Shown here: positions 58,854-64,000 of the stretch, piece after piece | Position numbering within the stretch: position 1 is the stretch's first letter | Layout: each line of letters begins with the position of its first letter | DNA from: a virus | Virus record (IMG/VR): IMGVR_UViG_3300030060_007423 | Location: 1 to 64,000 of that record | Strand: one strand, 5' to 3' | Length of the DNA stretch: 64,000 nucleotides | Made by a program: the position numbers and the translations under genes | The notes under the pieces: model-generated | The model's input: only the letters and a program-made list of their open reading frames with translations | Told to the model about the DNA's origin: nothing | Database searches by the model: none

Positions 58854-59287
58854 AAATATCAAAAGTAAGAGAAGTAAAAACACCAATAAGAGCAAATAGT
58901 ACAGACGCAGGAATAGATTTTTTTGTACCTGAAGACACAAAGAGATTCACATTATCACCAGGAGATTCTTGTCTTATTCCATCAGGTGTAAAAGTAAATG
59001 TACCTGAAGGGTTTGCTTTAGTAGCATTTAATAAATCAGGAGTTGCAGTTAAAAAATCTTTACATGTTGGGGCATGTGTAGTTGACTGTGGCTATCAAGG
59101 AGAAGTTCACATTAATCTAACAAATGTTGGTGATTGTGAAACTGATATAAATCCCGGTGATAAAATAGTTCAGTTTGTATTATTACCTTTAGGCAATCCT
59201 AAAGTAGAATTGGTAGAAGAAAGCAACTTATATGAATCAGAATCTTCAAGAGGTGAAGGAGGATTTGGAAGTACTGGGACTAAATAA
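58850..59287 (+). CDS. dut: Trimeric dUTPase
   Basis: AGID, KSG, VVDCGYQGE, GDKIVQ, RGEGGFGSTG. Confidence 0.95.
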   Translation: MKISKVREVKTPIRANSTDAGIDFFVPEDTKRFTLSPGDSCLIPSGVKVNVPEGFALVAFNKSGVAVKKSLHVGACVVDCGYQGEVHINLTNVGDCETDINPGDKIVQFVLLPLGNPKVELVEESNLYESESSRGEGGFGSTGTK

Positions 59288-59673
59288 TGAGTGGATTAGA
59301 TAACAGACCAAAGACAATATTTTGTGATATAGATGGTACACTAGTAAAACACATGGCGCCATCAGAGGCAACATCTCCATATAACAAAATGGAAGTAATA
59401 CCTGGAACAATTGAAAAATTATTAGAGTGGGAAAGAAAAGGTTACAATATAATTTTAACAACTGGTAGAAAAGCATGTATGAGAAAACAAACTGAAAATC
59501 AACTTGCTGAGGCTGGGATAGTTTATGACCAATTAGTAATGGGATTTGGTGGTGGTGCAAGATACTTGATAAATGATATGAAAACAGATGGAAGAAATGC
59601 CACTGCATTTGCAATAAACCTTAAAAGAAATACAGAAGGAATAAAGGATATAAATTTAGACCTTCCGTACTAA
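59287..59673 (+). CDS. Small HAD-family phosphatase
   Basis: FCDIDGTL, LTTGR, YDQLVMG, IND. Confidence 0.85.
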   Translation: MSGLDNRPKTIFCDIDGTLVKHMAPSEATSPYNKMEVIPGTIEKLLEWERKGYNIILTTGRKACMRKQTENQLAEAGIVYDQLVMGFGGGARYLINDMKTDGRNATAFAINLKRNTEGIKDINLDLPY

Positions 59674-59684
59674 TTGAGATAGTT

Positions 59685-59906
59685 ATGATAATAAGAACAA
59701 CTAATAAAAATAATAAATACGAGTATTCAAAGTATAAACCAGGCGATGTGTTTGAAGTAATAAATGATTTTGGTGAATACTATACTGCAAGATTTTTGTC
59801 AGGTAGTAAAGCAGATGATATATGTGCAGTTAAAAAAACAGATTGTGTACAGGTGCATTTAGGTAGTTATAAAACTCCAGGCCCAGAAACAATGACAACA
59901 GATTAA
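59685..59906 (+). CDS. Hypothetical small protein
   Basis: 73-aa ORF filling the gap. Confidence 0.55.
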   Translation: MIIRTTNKNNKYEYSKYKPGDVFEVINDFGEYYTARFLSGSKADDICAVKKTDCVQVHLGSYKTPGPETMTTD

Positions 59907-59907
59907 T

Positions 59908-61491
59908 ATGAATAACACAACAGTAATAATACCAGCAGCTGGGTTGGCAACAAGAATGAGGCCACTTTCAAGTAACATGTCAAAGGCAATGATACCTGTT
60001 TGTGGTAAACCTATTATTTCATACATCATAGATGAATTATTAAAATATGATAGTGTAAATGAAATAATCATTGTTGAAAATAAATTGCATGATATTAGTG
60101 AGTTTGTTAAATCTACATATTCATTTGTTGAAAACACATTTAAGTTTGTTGAACAAAAAAACCCTAAAGGGCCACTCCATGCAATTGAAGTAGGTTGGAA
60201 AAAATCAACAAAGAAAGACAACTCTATATTGGTCTGGTTAGGTGATACTATTTGTCGTGATAAATTAAATTTTGATAGTCCAGGATTTTTAGGTGTATCA
60301 AAAATTGAGCAAAAATCAAGATGGTGTTTAGTTGATAGTGACGGTAAAACATTTTATGATAAACCTGATACAGATGTACCAACAGATTCTGCTCTTATTG
60401 GTTTATATTATTTCAATGATAGAAAATGGTTTAATGACTCCATTAAGAAAGGAATGAATAAACCTCAACATAAAGGTGAACATCAAATAGCTGCACTACT
60501 TTCAGAATATCTTACCTATATACCTAAATTTGAGCTATTAGATACTAAAGAATGGTATGATTGTGGTGAATTAAAAACGTATTATGAATCAACAGCCCGT
60601 TTAATGCAAGGTTCATCTAGAGAGTTCAATACACTTGAGATAGATACATTTTTAGGTACAATTACTAAAAAGGCAACTGGCGATAAAGCACTTAAGATTG
60701 AGAAAGAAAAGACTTGGTTTAGTACATTAAGTGATACACAACGGCTATTTGTACCACAAATTTTAGAATCTCAACATGGCGAAATGAAAATGTCATGGGA
60801 AGCAGGTACACCACTAAATGAAGTTTGGTTATATGAAAGAATGAATGCTGATACATGGATAGGTGTTACAAACTCAGTGTTAGATATATACCACAAAGTA
60901 TTCTATAATTCAGGAAAAGAAAGACTTGCAGATTGCTATGAAATGTATATTCAAAAAAATATGGATAGATTAGATAGTGATATGTATAGTGATTTTGTGG
61001 CAAAGGATACTGCAAAAAATTTCATTAAATCTTCAGGCCTTAGATTATTAAAGACAACTAAATGGAGTAATAGAATTCATGGTGATTTACATTTAGGTAA
61101 TATGTTGTTTAATAGTCATAATGGTAGAATTAAGTTACTAGACCCAAGAGGCCATTTTGGAATGTCAGAGTTTTCTGGTGATTCACAATATGATATGGGT
61201 AAATTAATGCATGATTGGTACTGTGGATATATGATGATATTATCTGGAAGATATCACATTGAAGGCTCAGATGTAATACTACATTGGGATGAAGAAAAAA
61301 GAAATAAAATATTAGTTAATATGCTAATTAAAATGAAAGGTTATGGGTATGATGTTGAAAATATTAAGAGACTTTCAATAATGTTATTTTTAACATGTAT
61401 CCCATTTCACCAAGACAATCCAGAAAGATGTAGAGCTTTTTGGTTACGAGCAATGAATTTAATATATAGGGAATTTAGAAATGAAAAATGA
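59908..61491 (+). CDS. Sugar-phosphate nucleotidyltransferase fused to an APH/choline-kinase-like domain
   Basis: IPAAGLATRMRP..SKAM.P, LGD, WYDCG; HGDLHLGN and LLDPRG. Confidence 0.88.
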   Translation: MNNTTVIIPAAGLATRMRPLSSNMSKAMIPVCGKPIISYIIDELLKYDSVNEIIIVENKLHDISEFVKSTYSFVENTFKFVEQKNPKGPLHAIEVGWKKSTKKDNSILVWLGDTICRDKLNFDSPGFLGVSKIEQKSRWCLVDSDGKTFYDKPDTDVPTDSALIGLYYFNDRKWFNDSIKKGMNKPQHKGEHQIAALLSEYLTYIPKFELLDTKEWYDCGELKTYYESTARLMQGSSREFNTLEIDTFLGTITKKATGDKALKIEKEKTWFSTLSDTQRLFVPQILESQHGEMKMSWEAGTPLNEVWLYERMNADTWIGVTNSVLDIYHKVFYNSGKERLADCYEMYIQKNMDRLDSDMYSDFVAKDTAKNFIKSSGLRLLKTTKWSNRIHGDLHLGNMLFNSHNGRIKLLDPRGHFGMSEFSGDSQYDMGKLMHDWYCGYMMILSGRYHIEGSDVILHWDEEKRNKILVNMLIKMKGYGYDVENIKRLSIMLFLTCIPFHQDNPERCRAFWLRAMNLIYREFRNEK

Positions 61492-62752
61492 AAACATTAA
61501 AGTAGCTATCTTTGTTTTAGGTGGTGCAATTAAATTTGTAAAGAAGAATCTTAAACGTGCTGATGGAACTAATGAGTATTATAAACTTATAAAGTCACTC
61601 TGTGCTAATCCAAAAATTGGTGAAGTACTAATTATTCAAAAAAGTGATTGGGGAAAACTTGACGATGAGTTAAAACAAGAATATGACCCACGTGGAGTTT
61701 TAAGATATATCTATGATGAATTAGACCCAAAGGATATTAGACCTGATAAGGGTGAAGATATGCAATTGACATTAAACTATCAAAAGCTTGATGAATATCT
61801 AAATCACGATGAAACAAAACCAGATTTTGGTTTAGGATTTATTGGACCTGGTTATATGACAAATAATGTTATACCAAATTTTTTAGATGGTGTTCGTGAT
61901 CCTAGTTCAAAAGTAAAACTTTTAGGTATGACATATAATTATTCTTCACCAATTGTACACTACTTAAATAAATCAGACCTTCCTTGGTTTATGATATGTA
62001 CAGATCCAAGATATACAAAGCCAACATTCAAAGCAAAGGATACTGTAAACTATCCAAAAGAAATAATTGCACAATACAACACAACAAGTATTTGGCACAG
62101 CTTAAAGGAATATAGAAACGATGCTGAATTTGAAGATAAGACATTAAATGTAAGATATAGTGGAATAGAAAAACTTAATCTTGTAGATGAAGAAATTATC
62201 AACCCAGATAATAGCAGACCTAATAAATTTACAATAGTTGCAATGCAAAGTGTAACAGGTCAAGCAACAAAGGACAAAAGGTTTGATGCAATTAAGGAAT
62301 GGATTCTTGACCGTGATACAAACCAAGAGGTTGAAATATATGGAAAATGGAAGGAACACTTTACAGATGGTTACCCACAATTTAAGGGATATGTTACACC
62401 AGCTGAAATAGACCAAAAGTTTAAGGAAACTAGGTATACATTAGTTGTACCAATTGGACCTGATTGGGTAACAAGCAAATATGCTGAGGTACTCTTAATG
62501 GGTGTTGTACCTTTTTTCCATCCAACATACGATACACAAGGAAATGTTTTACCACTTAATCACTTTTGTAGGGTTTCAAGTCCACAAGAATTTTATGATA
62601 AAATGAAATTCTTAGATGATGTCCCAGAAAAGAGAATACAATTGGTTAAATTATTACAGGACAATTTAATAAAAAATGTTACAGATGGATCATTTGTATA
62701 TGACATTGTAAATAAATCATTAGAAAACACAAATATAGGAGTTAGAATATGA
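61481..62752 (+). CDS. DNA glycosyltransferase, T4 beta-glucosyltransferase-like (GT-B)
   Basis: KVAIF.LG, TNE, TDPR, IEK, FKG, WVTSKYAE, YDT align in order with T4 BGT features as recalled. Confidence 0.75.
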   Translation: MKNENIKVAIFVLGGAIKFVKKNLKRADGTNEYYKLIKSLCANPKIGEVLIIQKSDWGKLDDELKQEYDPRGVLRYIYDELDPKDIRPDKGEDMQLTLNYQKLDEYLNHDETKPDFGLGFIGPGYMTNNVIPNFLDGVRDPSSKVKLLGMTYNYSSPIVHYLNKSDLPWFMICTDPRYTKPTFKAKDTVNYPKEIIAQYNTTSIWHSLKEYRNDAEFEDKTLNVRYSGIEKLNLVDEEIINPDNSRPNKFTIVAMQSVTGQATKDKRFDAIKEWILDRDTNQEVEIYGKWKEHFTDGYPQFKGYVTPAEIDQKFKETRYTLVVPIGPDWVTSKYAEVLLMGVVPFFHPTYDTQGNVLPLNHFCRVSSPQEFYDKMKFLDDVPEKRIQLVKLLQDNLIKNVTDGSFVYDIVNKSLENTNIGVRI

Positions 62753-63972
62753 GCGAAATAAAATGGGCAACTATTATCCCACTTATAGGTGGTAGTGCAA
62801 TAGGTTGCAATATGACAACAAAAAATCAACCAGTAGGACACTTAACATATAATGCTTTTGCAGCAAATGAATCACATATTAGAAGACATTGGCCAGATGT
62901 ACCATATCATTCTTTAGATGAGGGAACTATTCCTAATTTAGGTTCTCTTGATTTTGTAAATAGTGTATGCCCATGTGCTGGGTTATCGATGTTAAATTCA
63001 TCTGCTATTGAAGGTAGTATTAATAAGAGAGGTAGTGATGCTGCACAGAATGAATGGATGTATAAATCAACTAGAGTTGTATTGGAAAATTATAAACCTA
63101 AAGTATTATGGGGTGAAAATGCACCGGGACTATTTACCAAGCTTGGTGAAGGCGTAGTTGAAAAATTAAAAGCTATTGGAAAGGAATATGATTATAGTTT
63201 TTCAATGATTAAAACAAATACAGAATTACATGGTATACCACAAAGAAGAATTAGAACATTTTACTTTTTTTGGAAAGGTACTAAGCCACCTATATTTGAT
63301 TGGTATAAAAAAGACTGTAAAACATTAGCAGATTATTTAGCAGAAGTACCAGCTGATGCAAGTTGTCAAGATATGTTTATGGTACCAGGAACTGTAACTG
63401 ACCACTTTAAGCCATATCAGTTTATTCTTGAAAGAGAGGGTAAAACACATCAGGAATTTGTTGAATGGTGGAATCATGGAACGTTATATCAATACCTTGA
63501 AAAATATGAACTTGTACATGACTGTATTGATTGGTTAAAGAAATACCACCCAGAAGCAGGCTTTAGTAAAAAGAATGGTACAAATACATTTATCAGTATG
63601 TTAGAACATGTACTTAAAAAGAGGTCAATGGGATTAGGATATTGGGATAGTTCACCTCATATTTTTAGTAAATCATTTAATGCATTGATTGGTAGAAACA
63701 TGTTTAATGGTGTACACCCAACTGAAAATAGGTACTTAAATGTTAGAGAATTTTTACACTTAATGGGATTACCTCACGACTTTGCAATTGAAGATGTAAA
63801 GCAAGTAAATCATATTGCACAAAATGTACCAACATGTACTGCAAGAGATATGACTGAACAAGTTGTAAAATATATCAATGGTGAATTACAAACAGCAGAT
63901 GGCTATTTTGTAAAGCAAGACAATACGAATAGAAAAATTACACAAGAATCTTTACAAACGCAATTGTTTTAA
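62749..63972 (+). CDS. C5 cytosine DNA methyltransferase-like protein with atypical SAM-binding motifs
   Basis: PCAGLS (IV), ENAPGL (VI), PQRRIRTF (VIII), LNVREFLHLMG (IX); motif I reads IPLIGG, motif X IAQNVP. Confidence 0.85.
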   Translation: MSEIKWATIIPLIGGSAIGCNMTTKNQPVGHLTYNAFAANESHIRRHWPDVPYHSLDEGTIPNLGSLDFVNSVCPCAGLSMLNSSAIEGSINKRGSDAAQNEWMYKSTRVVLENYKPKVLWGENAPGLFTKLGEGVVEKLKAIGKEYDYSFSMIKTNTELHGIPQRRIRTFYFFWKGTKPPIFDWYKKDCKTLADYLAEVPADASCQDMFMVPGTVTDHFKPYQFILEREGKTHQEFVEWWNHGTLYQYLEKYELVHDCIDWLKKYHPEAGFSKKNGTNTFISMLEHVLKKRSMGLGYWDSSPHIFSKSFNALIGRNMFNGVHPTENRYLNVREFLHLMGLPHDFAIEDVKQVNHIAQNVPTCTARDMTEQVVKYINGELQTADGYFVKQDNTNRKITQESLQTQLF

Positions 63973-64000
63973 CATGTCACCAGAGGTTCAAAAAATAATA

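Noticed and set aside
520-62841. All minus-strand ORFs and short nested plus-strand ORFs in the track
   Set aside because: They overlap well-supported + strand genes, lack motifs and RBSs, and read as antisense or off-frame shadows
1-64000. Stop-codon reassignment
   Set aside because: TAA, TAG and TGA all end full-length conserved genes and coding density is high under the standard code

Overview
A 64 kb piece of an AT-rich, T4-like large contractile-tailed phage genome, with essentially all credible genes on the + strand. Order: fibre/accessory virion genes and probable internal head proteins (0.5-13 kb); terminase, portal, prohead protease, ribosomal protein bS21, scaffold, major capsid, PhoH, neck, sheath, tube, tail chaperone, tape measure and baseplate (13-43 kb); replication/recombination genes (atypical short PolA, Hc1-like protein, gp32-like SSB, RecA/UvsX, 5'-3' exonuclease, DnaB, class II RNR; 43-54.5 kb); and a nucleotide/sugar DNA-modification cluster (cysteine synthase, phosphomannomutase, dCMP-hydroxymethylase-like enzyme, dUTPase, HAD phosphatase, nucleotidyltransferase-kinase fusion, T4 beta-glucosyltransferase-like enzyme, C5-methyltransferase with degenerate SAM motifs; 54.8-64 kb). 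The layout resembles bS21-encoding phages linked to Bacteroidota, but the host is only inferred. Two promoter-like motif classes recur between genes: ATATTTAT (late-type) and AATTTTTTATTGT-N11-GTTATATTA (early-type). Main candidates for new biology: (i) a cytosine hypermodification pathway with its own sugar donor and an odd C5-MTase, (ii) an unannotated ~300-nt structured RNA after recA, (iii) an insulated bS21 gene that may switch on SD-led late translation, (iv) a +1/-2 frameshift in the tail chaperone, (v) a PolA lacking the steric-gate glutamate. All family calls come from motifs read by eye; no database search was run.
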